A DNA stretch of 64,000 nucleotides from Candidatus Spyradenecus sp. (lineage in GTDB: Bacteria; Verrucomicrobiota; Verrucomicrobiia; Opitutales; UBA953): positions 160,001 through 224,000 of the forward strand of contig JAZSKX010000017.1 of assembly GCA_045535075.1 (NCBI GenBank). Direction: 5' to 3'. Below the pieces are notes generated by a model. That model saw only the letters and a program-made list of their open reading frames with translations, had not been told where the DNA came from and searched no databases. Below, one piece after another: positions 10,154-21,254 of this stretch; the first letter of the stretch is position 1, and every line of letters starts with the position of its first letter. Position numbers and translations under genes: made by a program.

Positions 10154-12184
10154 ATGGACAATAAGGATAAAAACAAGGAAAAGGAAAATACTTCCCGCGT
10201 CGATTTTCGCGTCTTTTTAATGTGGCTCGCCATTATCGGCGTCGTTGTTTTTCTGCTGATGCGTACTCCGGAAGGAGAAAAAAATTCGGCAATGGAACTG
10301 CCCGTGCGCGAACTCGTCGATTACGCCTCAAAAGGCGAAGTTCAGAGCGTAGAACTCAAGGAAGATTCACTTGCGGGCGAACGCTATTACAAAATCAGCG
10401 GTGAACTGAAAGTCGGCGAAAAACTAAAAAGATTTAACGCTGCAGGACGCCTTTCCGAAGACGAATTCTCCACGCTCCGCGCGAAAGTGCCGACCTTTAA
10501 GGAACCGCCGTCGGAAACGTTCTTTTCTGCGATTTTAATGAGCGCAATTCCGACTTTGCTCATTTTCGGACTTATCGCATTTTTTATTTTCCGGACCATT
10601 AAACGCAATCAGGCAAACCAAATGGCATTTGTGCGTTCCCGCGCGCGCCTGATGGATAAGGAAAAATCCAAAGTAACGTTCGCCGACGTCGCCGGTTGTG
10701 ACGAATCCAAGGAAGAAGTCTCCGAGGTCGTTGATTTTCTCCGCGATGCTAAAAAATTCAATGCCATCGGCGGACGCGTCCCGAAAGGCGTGCTCCTTGT
10801 CGGGCCTCCCGGCACCGGAAAAACGCTGCTCGCACGTGCCGTCGCCGGCGAAGCCAATGTTCCTTTCTTTTCCATTTCCGGTTCCGACTTTGTCGAACTT
10901 TTCGTCGGTGTCGGCGCTTCCCGAGTTCGCGATACATTCGAACAAGCTAGAAAAAATGCGCCATGTATTGTCTTTATCGACGAAATTGACGCTGTCGGAC
11001 GCCAGCGCGGAAGCGGTCTCGGCGGCGGGAACGACGAACGCGAGCAAACCTTGAATTCGCTCCTCGTCGAAATGGACGGCTTTGAACCGCAAGACAGCAT
11101 CATTGTCATTGCCGCGACGAATCGTCCGGACGTGCTCGACTCCGCCCTGCTCCGCCCGGGACGTTTCGACCGTCAGGTTTATGTCGATCTTCCCGACATC
11201 AAGGGGCGTACGGAAATTCTCAAAGTTCACGCCAAGAAATTTAAAATCGACGAATCCGTTAAACTCGAAGAAGTTGCCAAAGCAACGACCGGTTTCGCGG
11301 GAGCGGATTTGGCAAATTTGCTCAATGAAGCCGCACTCGTCGCTGTGCGTTCCCGTAAGGAAAAAATCGATATGATTTCCATCAGCGAAGCGCGCGATAA
11401 AATTTCCTACGGACGGGAACGCCACCGCGTCATGGATGAAAAAGATCGGTCGAAAACCGCCTATCACGAAGCCGGACACGCGCTTGTGCAAGTACTTATC
11501 GACGACGGTTTGATGCCGCTTCATAAAGTTACGATTGTTCCGCGCGGCGGTGCGCTCGGCATGGCGATGTTTATGCCGGAAAAAGACGTTCTCGGCTACG
11601 AACGCTCGCAACTGAAAAATATGATTTGCACCGCAATGGCGGGAAGAATCGGTGAAAAAGTTTATTCCGGCGAAATTTCCAACGGCGCTTCCAGTGACAT
11701 TAAAAACGCCACCAGCATGGCGCGCCGCATGGTTTGCGAATGGGGTATGAGCGACAAACTCGGGCCGATTGCTTACGGCGAAAATCAGCAAAATCTTTTC
11801 CTCGGACGCGAAATTGCACGCACGCAAAGCATCAGCGAAGAAACGCTCCGCGCCATTGATACGGAAATCCAGTCTATCGTTTCCGAACAATACGCCCGAG
11901 CCGAAAAACTGATTTCCGACCATGCCGATGCACATAAGAAAATCGCCGAAGCGCTTTTGGAATACGAAACGCTCGACGGCGTTCATGTAAAAGAAATCGT
12001 CGAATTCGGCGAAATCCGTACGGAAGTCGGCTATGTTTCGCTTGCTAAAAAAGCGGAAGAACGCAAGGCAGCGGAAGCTAAAGCCGCCGAAGAAAAAGCG
12101 GCGGAAGAAGCAAGAGCTAAAACCGAAAGCGAACTTAAAAACTCAAAAGCCGAAAAACCGAAAAACGGTGTCGGCGAACGATAA
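10154..12184 (+). CDS. ftsH: ATP-dependent zinc metalloprotease FtsH
   Basis: Two TM segments, [26 protein letters not shown] and HEAGH. Confidence 0.97.
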   Translation: MDNKDKNKEKENTSRVDFRVFLMWLAIIGVVVFLLMRTPEGEKNSAMELPVRELVDYASKGEVQSVELKEDSLAGERYYKISGELKVGEKLKRFNAAGRLSEDEFSTLRAKVPTFKEPPSETFFSAILMSAIPTLLIFGLIAFFIFRTIKRNQANQMAFVRSRARLMDKEKSKVTFADVAGCDESKEEVSEVVDFLRDAKKFNAIGGRVPKGVLLVGPPGTGKTLLARAVAGEANVPFFSISGSDFVELFVGVGASRVRDTFEQARKNAPCIVFIDEIDAVGRQRGSGLGGGNDEREQTLNSLLVEMDGFEPQDSIIVIAATNRPDVLDSALLRPGRFDRQVYVDLPDIKGRTEILKVHAKKFKIDESVKLEEVAKATTGFAGADLANLLNEAALVAVRSRKEKIDMISISEARDKISYGRERHRVMDEKDRSKTAYHEAGHALVQVLIDDGLMPLHKVTIVPRGGALGMAMFMPEKDVLGYERSQLKNMICTAMAGRIGEKVYSGEISNGASSDIKNATSMARRMVCEWGMSDKLGPIAYGENQQNLFLGREIARTQSISEETLRAIDTEIQSIVSEQYARAEKLISDHADAHKKIAEALLEYETLDGVHVKEIVEFGEIRTEVGYVSLAKKAEERKAAEAKAAEEKAAEEARAKTESELKNSKAEKPKNGVGER

Positions 12185-12200
12185 TTCTTCCGCTCAAATA

Positions 12201-12246
12201 AAAAACAGTTCCCGTAGCGTAATACCACGGGAACTGTTTTTTTTTT
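12201..12246. terminator. Bidirectional terminator between ftsH and hisH, built from inverted GTTCCCG/CGGGAAC motifs
   Basis: AAAAACAGTTCCCGT...ACGGGAACTGTTTTT perfect inverted repeat between convergent genes. Confidence 0.85.
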
Positions 12247-12259
12247 AGACTTTAACTAT

Positions 12260-12886
12260 TTAAAAAGAATTCAAAAAATTTCGATAAAGCGTAATGCCTT
12301 TGGATTGGCTTTTTTCCGGGTGAAATTGAACTGCAAAAACGTTCCCGCGGCGGATGCCGCTGACGAATTTCAATCCGTAATCCGAAGTCGACCAAATAAT
12401 CGAAGTTTCGGGAGTATCGACATAATAACTGTGAACAAAGTAAAAAGATTCTCCCCCAATTTTTAAATCTTTTGAAAGTGTTCCCGCATTATTTTCGTTG
12501 AGCGAAATCGTATTCCAGCCCATATGAGGAACCTTTAAAGCTGAATTTTCCGGAAAACGCTTCACGTTCCCGCGAAAAATACCGAGCCCCTCAGTATTTC
12601 CTTCTTCGGAATGTTCAAATAAAAGCTGTAAGCCAAGGCAAATTCCCATAAAGGGCTTATCTTCCGTAATCCAATTTTTAATAAATTCGTCAAATCCGGT
12701 CTGTTTGAGCTGACGCATTGCATCAACAATCGCACCCTGACCCGGAAAAACAAGCGCGGAAACAGCCTTCACGGCAGCGGGAGAGTCGGCGAGAACAACT
12801 TCCGCTCCCGCCGCCTCCAAAGCGCGTTGAACGCTTCTTAAGTTTCCCATTCCGTAATCAATAAGAGCAACTCTCTTGGGATCCAT
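12260..12886 (-). CDS. hisH: Imidazole glycerol phosphate synthase glutaminase subunit
   Basis: DYGMGNLRSV, GICLGLQ, PHMGWN, FYFVHSY and QFHPEKS motifs. Confidence 0.97.
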   Translation of the reverse strand: MDPKRVALIDYGMGNLRSVQRALEAAGAEVVLADSPAAVKAVSALVFPGQGAIVDAMRQLKQTGFDEFIKNWITEDKPFMGICLGLQLLFEHSEEGNTEGLGIFRGNVKRFPENSALKVPHMGWNTISLNENNAGTLSKDLKIGGESFYFVHSYYVDTPETSIIWSTSDYGLKFVSGIRRGNVFAVQFHPEKSQSKGITLYRNFLNSF

Positions 12887-12902
12887 CGTAACTTAAGGGA
12901 AA

Positions 12903-13502
12903 TTAAATAACGCCTTTTGTGCTCGGAACCGTTCCCGCCGCACGCGGGTCAATTTCGCAGGCAATGCGCAACGCGCGGGAAACGCATTTAAAAATAGCCT
13001 CTGCAATATGATGCGGCTCTTCGCCGTATTCCAAACAAATATGCAAATTCGCTCCCAAAGTATTTGCAAACGCCAGGAAAAATTCACGAACAAGGCAGAT
13101 ATTAAAATCGCGAACCATCGGATTTTTCACGGGAACGTTATAGTGAAAATAAACGCGTCCGCTGAGATCAAGAGCGACACGTGAAAGCGATTCGTCCATG
13201 GGAAGAACGAAAAAACCGTAACGACGAATGCCGACTTTCTTTCCGAGAGCTTCCTTAAAGGCAGTGCCGAGCGCTATGCCGACGTCCTCGACCGTGTGGT
13301 GATAATCGACATCAATGTCTCCTTTCGCGGAAATCTTAAAATCAAAAAGTCCGTGACGAGAAAAAAGCGTCAACATATGATCAAAAAACGGAATTCCGGT
13401 TGAAATTTCCGATTTTCCAGAGCCGTCGAGATTGACGGAAAGACGAATCTGCGTTTCGGCAGTATTTCGTTCAATTTCGGCAATACGATTAATAGTTTCC
13501 AT
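12903..13502 (-). CDS. hisB: Imidazoleglycerol-phosphate dehydratase
   Basis: [29 protein letters not shown] and PSTKG motifs. Confidence 0.97.
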   Translation of the reverse strand: METINRIAEIERNTAETQIRLSVNLDGSGKSEISTGIPFFDHMLTLFSRHGLFDFKISAKGDIDVDYHHTVEDVGIALGTAFKEALGKKVGIRRYGFFVLPMDESLSRVALDLSGRVYFHYNVPVKNPMVRDFNICLVREFFLAFANTLGANLHICLEYGEEPHHIAEAIFKCVSRALRIACEIDPRAAGTVPSTKGVI

Positions 13503-13519
13503 TTTAAGTATTTCTTATT

Positions 13520-14053
13520 TTATTGTTCAATAAATCCTATAAAAGGCAGTTCGCGATATTTTCCGGCATAATCAAGACCATATCCGACAATAAATTTATC
13601 CTCAACTTCAAATCCGCAATAATCAGGAGTGAGTTTAACTGTTCTCCGAGAAGGTTTGTCGAGTAAAGTACAGAGCTTGACGGATTCGGCTCCAAAGTTT
13701 TCAACCTGTTCACAGATTCTCTTTAAAGTATTTCCCGTATCAATAATATCATCGACAATCAAAACATGATTACCGTGAAAATCTTCAACGGAAAGCGTCC
13801 CGAAAACCTCCGGATTTCCGGAAGAAAAACAGGTTTCTCCGTAAGAAGAAACACGAATACATTCAAGATGAACCGAAATATTTTGCAAAGAACGAATTAA
13901 ATCAACGGCAAAAAAGATTCCGCCATTGGTAAGAACTAAGAGCGTAAGCGATTTACCCGCATAATCTTTCGAGATCTGATTTCCGAGTTCGGCAATTCTT
14001 TGACGAACGCGTTCCCGCGAAATCAGAGGAAAAATTTTCTTATCTTTGCTCAT
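13520..14053 (-). CDS. hpt: Hypoxanthine phosphoribosyltransferase
   Basis: VLIVDDIIDTGNT PRPP motif; LLDKP; FIVGYGLDY. Confidence 0.93.
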   Translation of the reverse strand: MSKDKKIFPLISRERVRQRIAELGNQISKDYAGKSLTLLVLTNGGIFFAVDLIRSLQNISVHLECIRVSSYGETCFSSGNPEVFGTLSVEDFHGNHVLIVDDIIDTGNTLKRICEQVENFGAESVKLCTLLDKPSRRTVKLTPDYCGFEVEDKFIVGYGLDYAGKYRELPFIGFIEQ

Positions 14054-15288
14054 TTTGCAATCCCCCAGCGTTCGGATAACGGATAAAGAATAAAACTTGC
14101 GCGCCCGACAGCATCATTTGCGGGAACGCAACCCCAACCGCGTGAGTCAAAACTGTTCCCGGAATTATCTCCAAGCGCATAATAAAAACCTTCGGGAACG
14201 GTAAATTTCTGATTCAGCGGCTTTGAATACGGATTTTTCCCGCCGGATTGCGGTAAATATCCGTAATATTTTTCGGAAAATACGCACTGATTATTCTTAT
14301 CAAAAGCATCTGAGCCTTCAATAATCTTTCCGTTTCTGTAAAGTTTATTATCAGCTATATAAAGCGTATCTTCCGGCTTTCCCGCAAGGCGTTTAATATA
14401 GTAAAGTTCGGCATTATTAAGCCCGGGAATATTATGCGTGCGAAAAACGAAAGGATCTCCGACTTCCGGTTCTTTGAAATGATAGACGAATCGGTTAACG
14501 ATAACCATGTCTCCGCTGAAAATTTTAAATTTCAGGAAGCTCTCACCGGCATTAACCCGAATTCCGGTACGCAGACAAGTCTCTCCGCGTAAATTTTTAA
14601 AAGCCTTTCCGGACTTTCCGGATTCGGAAATTGAATTTATCCATCGTTCCCGCAAAGATTTTGTCGTATCCTTCGCATATTCCGGAAAAAATCGTTCCAA
14701 AAATACGGAATCCATCGAAAAATCGCGCGGACAATTTATACGAACAGGAGTATTTCCTACATAAACTTCAAATAAATCTTCATTACCTGCTCTTCCGACT
14801 TTATTTACACAAACGGAAACTTCTCCGCTTACCGGAGCTTTAATTTCATAAAACGAAGCACCGTTAAAAATCCGCTCAATCCACTTTTCGATTTCGTTAA
14901 TTTCTCCCGAATAAACTTCAGAAGTCATCCCGTTGTAAGTCGGGAACATAGAATTTGTCGGAATTTTAAAAAGTTGAAAGAAAAAGCCTCGGATTCCTCC
15001 GGCAAGAATTGCCGCAACAACGATGAGTTCGACCCACTCCGGAATTGTTTTCTGCGGGAACACCGATCCGCCGAGTTTTTTTAATGTTTCGCTCAATTTT
15101 TCGGAAGCCGATTCAATCGCATCTTTGGTCGTCGCATGCTTCAATGCGTCAACCTCTGCGTGTAATTGCTCTTTTTCCGCCTCACTGAAAAGATCTCCCC
15201 GATAGTTTTCGACTTTTTTTGCCGCACCGAGGAGTAATTCCGCTTCTTTTCCCAAATGAGAAGATTTTTTCCAAAACAGGAAACTCAT
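14050..15288 (-). CDS. lepB: Signal peptidase I
   Basis: IPTNSM (Ser), YIKRL (Lys) and GDNSGNSFDSRGWG. Confidence 0.9.
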   Translation of the reverse strand: MSFLFWKKSSHLGKEAELLLGAAKKVENYRGDLFSEAEKEQLHAEVDALKHATTKDAIESASEKLSETLKKLGGSVFPQKTIPEWVELIVVAAILAGGIRGFFFQLFKIPTNSMFPTYNGMTSEVYSGEINEIEKWIERIFNGASFYEIKAPVSGEVSVCVNKVGRAGNEDLFEVYVGNTPVRINCPRDFSMDSVFLERFFPEYAKDTTKSLRERWINSISESGKSGKAFKNLRGETCLRTGIRVNAGESFLKFKIFSGDMVIVNRFVYHFKEPEVGDPFVFRTHNIPGLNNAELYYIKRLAGKPEDTLYIADNKLYRNGKIIEGSDAFDKNNQCVFSEKYYGYLPQSGGKNPYSKPLNQKFTVPEGFYYALGDNSGNSFDSRGWGCVPANDAVGRASFILYPLSERWGIAK

Positions 15289-15311
15289 AATTTTAAAAGT
15301 TTAAAAAAAAT

Positions 15312-15350
15312 AAAAAGCGTTCCCGCAGTTTAACGGGAACGCCTTTTTTT
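15312..15350. terminator. Terminator downstream of dnaN formed by an inverted GCGTTCCCG/CGGGAACGC pair
   Basis: 9-bp stem flanked by A and T runs. Confidence 0.8.
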
Positions 15351-15359
15351 GAAAAACAT

Positions 15360-16484
15360 TTATTTTCGCTGCGGCATTACCACGCAGAGGAAGGATTCGT
15401 CCTTCGTTTTGAAAACGCCCGGGCTTAAGTCATCTTTGAATTCAAAAACAACGGAATCCTGTGTGAGAGCCTTCAGCGGATCAGTGATAAATTGCGGATT
15501 AAAGGCAATGCGCGCTTCGGGACCTTCGTAGCGAACGGCAAGCTTGTCGCTCGCTTCACCGTATTCCGTAGAGCTTGCCGTAATTTCGATTTGATTTGCC
15601 GAAATATTAAGAACAACGGAGCTGTTTTTATCGGTAGTTACCTTAGCAGCCTGAAGCACGGCGCTGAGAAGATCTTCACGTTCCACTTCAATACGGTTTC
15701 CGGAATCTTTCGGAATAACACCTTTGTATTGCGGATAATTGCCTTCAACAATCTTAGAAACAATACGAATTTTATCCATCAGACCGCCGTTATTTTCGTT
15801 CACGTCGATTTCAAAGACAACCTGACGTTCACTGAGCGCGAAACGGATTTTTCCGGAGCTTCCGAGTTGTTTTTGAAGTTCGGAAATCGTTTTAGCGGGA
15901 AGGATAAATTGCGTCGGATTTTCCACCGAAACGGACATTCTTCTTTCGCAAGTCGCTAAACGACGCCCGTCCGTTGCAACCAGAGCAACTTTGTCTTCGT
16001 TGAAACTGAAAAGCACGCCGTTGAGGACATAGCGATTTTCGTCTGTCGATTGCGCGTAGGAGACGGATTTAATCATCGTCGACAAATCCCCCTGCTCAAT
16101 TTCGAATGCAAACTCATCACCGACGGGCGGTTCCGGCGGGAAATCCACCGAAGGAATTCCGATCGGGTTAAATTTGGAGCTCCCGGAAGTAATTTTTACC
16201 CGGCTTTCGCTTTGCATTTCGACAAAGACATCGCTGCTTTTGAATCCGCTGACGATATCTTTGAGCCATTTCGCCGGAAGCGTAATCTTTCCCGCGTCCA
16301 TCACTTCCGCCTTAATCTTGCAGGAAATGCGAAGATCAAGGTTCGTCGTCGTCAGGCGGATCGAATCGTTTTCCGCTTCAATAAGGACGTTGACGAGAAC
16401 CGGGAGGCTAAGACGATTGTTAACTACACTGACAACCTGCCCCAAACCGGCGGCAAAATGATCGCGATTGATTTTAAATTTCAT
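15360..16484 (-). CDS. dnaN: DNA polymerase III beta clamp
   Basis: 374 aa; DENRYVLNGV, VATDGRRLA, EGNYPQY and VVMP motifs. Confidence 0.96.
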   Translation of the reverse strand: MKFKINRDHFAAGLGQVVSVVNNRLSLPVLVNVLIEAENDSIRLTTTNLDLRISCKIKAEVMDAGKITLPAKWLKDIVSGFKSSDVFVEMQSESRVKITSGSSKFNPIGIPSVDFPPEPPVGDEFAFEIEQGDLSTMIKSVSYAQSTDENRYVLNGVLFSFNEDKVALVATDGRRLATCERRMSVSVENPTQFILPAKTISELQKQLGSSGKIRFALSERQVVFEIDVNENNGGLMDKIRIVSKIVEGNYPQYKGVIPKDSGNRIEVEREDLLSAVLQAAKVTTDKNSSVVLNISANQIEITASSTEYGEASDKLAVRYEGPEARIAFNPQFITDPLKALTQDSVVFEFKDDLSPGVFKTKDESFLCVVMPQRK

Positions 16485-16538
16485 GGAACTAAAGCTTGTT
16501 TCTTTTAAACTTCGTTTGCAAGTTTTCTTCTCCGAAAT

Positions 16539-16754
16539 TTATTCACGTCGATAATCGTTTCTTTGTTTTTCGTTTATAAATTTTTTTACAATTAATATAG
16601 GCTGTGAATTGGGTGAATAAGTTTTTAAATCCGTTTATTTATGCGCTTTCCACGCCGATTAAAAATTTGAATAAGTCTGTAAGGAAAATGTTCGGAGTCT
16701 GTTGATAAAGATGTTCACCGACTTATTTCTTATTTATTCACAGAATTATTAACA
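16539..16754. other. DnaA-box cluster with AT-rich tract (putative oriC)
   Basis: TTATTCACA 16734-16742 (fits TTWTNCACA); near-matches at 16539, 16612(-), 16666(-), 16700(-) and 16746; AT-rich stretch about 16555-16600. Confidence 0.6.
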
Positions 16755-16835
16755 GGGATTTTTCGGAAAACACCTTTTAAAGTACGGAAATAATTTCTTG
16801 GCGTTCCCGTGAAAATTGCTTCATGCTGATTTGCT

Positions 16836-18629
16836 ATGGAAATTTGGTTTAACCCGGCTCAATCACTTGAAGCAATTCTAAAGAAAATTGCGGGAACGCA
16901 GGAAGGCTTTTCCGAAGAATTTTCTCCGGATGTCCGTGCCGCCGATCCGCGATTCGGCGATTTTCAGGCAAACGGCGTTTTGGCGGAAGCTAAGCGTGCA
17001 AAAAAGAACCCGCGGGAACTCGCGCAGCAATTTGTCGAAGCTTTGGAAAAATCCGGCGAATTGGACGCTGAATTGGTTTCGATGAGTATTGCCGGGCCGG
17101 GATTTATTAATTTTAAATTTTCGCCGAAATTCTTCGGACATTGGATTGCGAAGTATCGCGATGCCGAAAATCTCGAAAAATCCTCGGGAACGCTTTATGC
17201 CGGTAAAAAGGTCGTCATTGATTACCCATCGCCGAATACCGCCAAGCAAATGCACGTCGGTCATTTGCGCATCCTCGTCATCGGCGAGGCGATTGCGCGT
17301 TTGCTCCGATTCTGCGGTGCAAACTTGGTGCGCGACAATCATATCGGCGATTGGGGAACGAATTTCGGGATTCTGATTTTTGAAATTAAACGCACGGGCT
17401 ACACGTTCCCGCAGGACGATAGCGTGGCGCTTGCCGAACTGGAAGAGCTTTACAAGGCGGGAACGGCCTATGTAAAAGACGAAGAAGCGCATCCCGGAGC
17501 ATTTGACGAGGCGCGTTTAGAACTTGTCAAACTTCAACAGGGCGACCCGGAAAACCTCGCACTTTGGGAACGTATCGTTAAAGTTTCCAACGCCGCTTGC
17601 GAAAAAATCTATGCGATGTTCGGCGTACATCCGGATGTTACACTCGGGGAATCTTTTTATCGTGATAAAGTTGAGCGTATTTATAAAGAACTTTCCGAAT
17701 GCGGAATTGCTGAGGAAGACGAAGGCGCACTTATCGTGTGGAATGATTCCGATCCGCGCTACGCCCGCACAAACGAAAATGCTGCTCCGTTTATTGTACG
17801 CAAAAAAGACGGTGGCTCCAATTACGCTTCGACAGACCTTGCAACCTTGCTCTATCGCGTTGAACACTTCAATGCCGATGAAGTCGTTTATGTAACCGAC
17901 GACCGCCAACAGGATCATTTTCGCATGCTGTTTTTGACGGCAAAGCGTTGGTTTGAGCAAAAAAATTATCCGTTCCCGTCGCTCCGCCACGTGATGTTCG
18001 GAAAAATTCTCGGCGAAAACGGTAAGCCGATTAAGACGAAGGAAGGCGGTTCCATTAAATTGAAATCTTTGGTGGATGAAGCCACGGAACGCGCATTTAC
18101 GATTGTTACCGAAAAAAATCCGGATTTGCCCGAAGAAGAAAGAAAACAGATTGCGGGAACGATCGGCATTGCAGCGATTCGCTATGCGGATTTGCTTCAA
18201 AACCGCACGATCAATTATATGTTTTCTTGGAATCGCCTTTTGGCTTTTGAAGGCAATACGGCTCCGTATTTGCTTTACGCGGCGGCTCGCATCCAATCCA
18301 TTTTCCGCAAGGCGGGAACGAGCTTTGAAGCTATCGCCGAGAACAACGAAATTTTCTTCCCGAAAACCGAAGGAGAACTTGCTCTTGTTCGCAAACTTAT
18401 GGGTTTTTCCACTGCGGTTCAAACGGCGTGCTCGGAACTCAAGCCGCACTACATCTGCACTTACCTCTTCGAGCTTGCGGGAACGTTTTCTTCCTTCTAC
18501 GCCGCAGACAAAGTTATGGACGACGATGCAGACACGCGCAACTTACGCCTTAGACTCTGCGCAAACACGTATATGATTTTGAAAACCGGTTTGCACTTGC
18601 TCGGAATCGAGACGCTCAACCGTATGTAA
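16836..18629 (+). CDS. argS: Arginine--tRNA ligase
   Basis: [20 protein letters not shown] (HIGH), GDWGT and GNTAPYLLY motifs. Confidence 0.97.
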   Translation: MEIWFNPAQSLEAILKKIAGTQEGFSEEFSPDVRAADPRFGDFQANGVLAEAKRAKKNPRELAQQFVEALEKSGELDAELVSMSIAGPGFINFKFSPKFFGHWIAKYRDAENLEKSSGTLYAGKKVVIDYPSPNTAKQMHVGHLRILVIGEAIARLLRFCGANLVRDNHIGDWGTNFGILIFEIKRTGYTFPQDDSVALAELEELYKAGTAYVKDEEAHPGAFDEARLELVKLQQGDPENLALWERIVKVSNAACEKIYAMFGVHPDVTLGESFYRDKVERIYKELSECGIAEEDEGALIVWNDSDPRYARTNENAAPFIVRKKDGGSNYASTDLATLLYRVEHFNADEVVYVTDDRQQDHFRMLFLTAKRWFEQKNYPFPSLRHVMFGKILGENGKPIKTKEGGSIKLKSLVDEATERAFTIVTEKNPDLPEEERKQIAGTIGIAAIRYADLLQNRTINYMFSWNRLLAFEGNTAPYLLYAAARIQSIFRKAGTSFEAIAENNEIFFPKTEGELALVRKLMGFSTAVQTACSELKPHYICTYLFELAGTFSSFYAADKVMDDDADTRNLRLRLCANTYMILKTGLHLLGIETLNRM

Positions 18630-18642
18630 GGAGAAATTACAC

Positions 18643-19491
18643 ATGGAACAGAAAAAAGATCCTGAGTGGAAAATTGCAAAGGAATTTTCGGAAATTATTT
18701 ACGAAAAATGCGATGAAGGCATTGCTCGCGTGACGATTAATCGTCCGCACCGGCGCAACGCATTCACGCCGGAAACGGTCAGTGAAATGTACGAGGCATT
18801 TTTAGATGCGCGGGAAGACGTTAAAATCGGCGTCGTTTTACTTCGCGGAATGAATCCTCAAACCGACGGAAAGTTTGCTTTTTGTTCCGGAGGAGATCAA
18901 AAACTCCGCGGAGATAAGACCGGCGGTTACACGTCCAAAAGCGGTGTTCCGCGTCTGAATGTTTTGGATCTCCAGCGCTTGATTCGTACGATGCCGAAAG
19001 TCGTTATCGCACTTGTTGCCGGCTACGCAGTCGGCGGCGGGCACGTACTTCACGTTGTTTGCGATTTGACGATTGCCGCGGACAACGCGATTTTCGGGCA
19101 AACGGGGCCGAAGGTCGGCAGTTTCGACGGAGGTTTCGGCAGTTCTTATTTGGCGCGTCTTGTCGGGCAGAAAAAAGCGCGTGAGATCTGGTATCTCTGC
19201 CGCCAATACAACGCGAAAGAAGCGCTCGAAATGGGCTTGGTAAATACGGTTGTTCCCTACGATCAACTCGACGCGGAAGGTGTTCAGTGGGCACGGGAAA
19301 TCCTGACAAAATCGCCGATTGCCATTCGCTGCTTGAAGTCTGCATTTAACGCAGAGCTTGACGGGCAAGCCGGAATTCAAGAGTTGGCGGGAAATTCCAC
19401 CCTGCTCTATTATCTGACCGACGAAGGCAACGAAGGCAGAAAAGCCTTCCTCGAAAAGCGTTCGCCCGAATTCGGCGATTGGCTTCCGTAA
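18643..19491 (+). CDS. menB: 1,4-dihydroxy-2-naphthoyl-CoA synthase
   Basis: [26 protein letters not shown] and KKAREIW motifs. Confidence 0.96.
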   Translation: MEQKKDPEWKIAKEFSEIIYEKCDEGIARVTINRPHRRNAFTPETVSEMYEAFLDAREDVKIGVVLLRGMNPQTDGKFAFCSGGDQKLRGDKTGGYTSKSGVPRLNVLDLQRLIRTMPKVVIALVAGYAVGGGHVLHVVCDLTIAADNAIFGQTGPKVGSFDGGFGSSYLARLVGQKKAREIWYLCRQYNAKEALEMGLVNTVVPYDQLDAEGVQWAREILTKSPIAIRCLKSAFNAELDGQAGIQELAGNSTLLYYLTDEGNEGRKAFLEKRSPEFGDWLP

Positions 19492-19658
19492 CTGAAGGAA
19501 ACTCTGTAAACAGAGCTTTTGCTTACAGAGGAGAGGTATTTTCGGAAAAAGAATTTCAAAAGCCTTTTTGCCGTAAGCCAAACGCATTTGGCTCTAAGCT
19601 CTCGTTTATCCTCCATTACCGGAATCTCTAAAATTTTAACTTTAGAAATTCTCTTAAT

Positions 19659-19695
19659 AAAAAAAAGGCATCGTTCCCGGTTGAGAACGATGCCT
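19659..19695 (-). terminator. Terminator of rpsR
   Basis: AGGCATCGTTC/GAACGATGCCT stem preceded by an A-run on + (U-tail on -); contains GTTCCCG. Confidence 0.75.
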
Positions 19696-19711
19696 CGGAA
19701 AGACTTTAGGC

Positions 19712-19900
19712 TTATTTCATCAGCAACATGTTACGTGCGCGTTTGATAGCTTTTGTAACATGGCGCTGTTGCTTCGCGGTCAGTCCCGTAATACGGCGCG
19801 GCAAGATTTTGCCGGTTTCCGTGACATAACGGGAAAGGACTTCCACATCGGTGAAGTCAAAGTCTAACGGTGTTTTTGAATGTTGCTGTGATTCTGCCAT
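19712..19900 (-). CDS. rpsR: 30S ribosomal protein S18 (stand-alone, no Zn-binding cysteines)
   Basis: [10 protein letters not shown]...[13 protein letters not shown]. Confidence 0.95.
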   Translation of the reverse strand: MAESQQHSKTPLDFDFTDVEVLSRYVTETGKILPRRITGLTAKQQRHVTKAIKRARNMLLMK

Positions 19901-20036
19901 AATCGAACCCCCATTAACTCAAAATTCAGTTCCCGCCGCAAGTTTTATTTTTTAGGAGAATGAAAACTCAAATCCCGGAATTTCTAAAATTATCTTGATT
20001 CTTGCGGGAACGAATTTCCGATTTTTTAATCTCTTT

Positions 20037-21224
20037 ATGAATTGGAAAAAAATTTTTCTCGCGATAGTGATTCTTTGTCTTGTTCCTGTATGGGTCTATT
20101 TTTGCATGGCAATGGCAGTTGTCGCGAGACTTTTAAATATGCTTCCTTTACTGACGATTCCGATGATATTTCTGATTTTTTTCAGCGGACTTTTTTTGCT
20201 CGCTGCGTGGTTTTTCGGAAAGGCAAAAATGGCAAAATATAGTGCGTTTACGATATTCGGTGCCGGTTTTATCGCCGCTTGCGGCTGTTCGATTGATTAT
20301 TGGATCGATTGGCAAACGCGTTCCCGCTACGACGTTGTTCGGGCAAATATCAATGAATGGGATTATCGTCCGTTTCGGGAAGAAAATAAGTTGATCGTTC
20401 CCGAAAAACCGACTCCGGGACGACTCACGGGAACGCTTCCGAAGTTGAGCGGTGCTTATGCGCTTTACCCCGTTTACGCGGCGGCGGTTCAGGCGATTTA
20501 TCCGCATCCGGAGCATAACGGCTATTATATTTGGGAATTTGTCGATACGACCGGCTCGGATCGGACATTTGAGATGCTGAATCGCGGAGAGGTCGATTTG
20601 ATTTTCGGCGGAGCACCGTCAAAAGCTCAACTCGAAGAAGCCGAAAAAGCGGGAATAAAATATGAAATGACGCCGTTCGGGCGTGAAGCATTTGTGTTTT
20701 TTGTAAATAAGGAAAACCCGATTGACAATTTAACATCCGAGCAGATTCGCGGAATTTATTCCGGAAAAATTAAAAATTGGCGGGAGCTCAGATCTCCGGT
20801 TTCGGAAGAAATCATTGCTTTTCAGCGCAACGAAGGAAGCGGGAGCCAGACGATGCTTGAAAAAATCATGGCGGGAACGCCGATTGCGCCGCCGCCGAAA
20901 GAACGCGTATCCGACGGTATGGGTACAATCCTTACGCAAACGGCGGAATACCGGAATAAAAACAGCGCGATCGGATTTTCTTTCCGTTTTTACACTTTGG
21001 AAATGATGCGCAACGATAAGTTAAAGCTGATTTCAATCGACGGGATTGCGCCGACGAAGGAAAATATCGAAAACGGAACTTATCCGTTTATCGCCGATTT
21101 TTACATGATTTCAGCGCAACCCCGTTCCGAAAATACCCGGAAAGTTGTCGAATTTATGTTTTCGCCTGCAGGAAAAGAGATTATTGAAAAAACAGGTTAC
21201 GTCGCTCTTCCCGTGCCGCTTTAA
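20037..21224 (+). CDS. Membrane-anchored PstS/PBP-like substrate-binding protein
   Basis: N-terminal TM segments; EAFVFFVN..NPIDNLTSEQIRGIYSG, QRNEGSGSQ and NGTYPF. Confidence 0.85.
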   Translation: MNWKKIFLAIVILCLVPVWVYFCMAMAVVARLLNMLPLLTIPMIFLIFFSGLFLLAAWFFGKAKMAKYSAFTIFGAGFIAACGCSIDYWIDWQTRSRYDVVRANINEWDYRPFREENKLIVPEKPTPGRLTGTLPKLSGAYALYPVYAAAVQAIYPHPEHNGYYIWEFVDTTGSDRTFEMLNRGEVDLIFGGAPSKAQLEEAEKAGIKYEMTPFGREAFVFFVNKENPIDNLTSEQIRGIYSGKIKNWRELRSPVSEEIIAFQRNEGSGSQTMLEKIMAGTPIAPPPKERVSDGMGTILTQTAEYRNKNSAIGFSFRFYTLEMMRNDKLKLISIDGIAPTKENIENGTYPFIADFYMISAQPRSENTRKVVEFMFSPAGKEIIEKTGYVALPVPL

Positions 21225-21254
21225 TCTTACAAATTTTTTAACAAAGGATTTTCT

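Noticed and set aside
3119..11986. Long antisense ORFs (e.g. 3119-3970, 4199-5689, 10535-11986)
   Set aside because: Shadows of well-supported genes on the opposite strand, with no recognisable motifs
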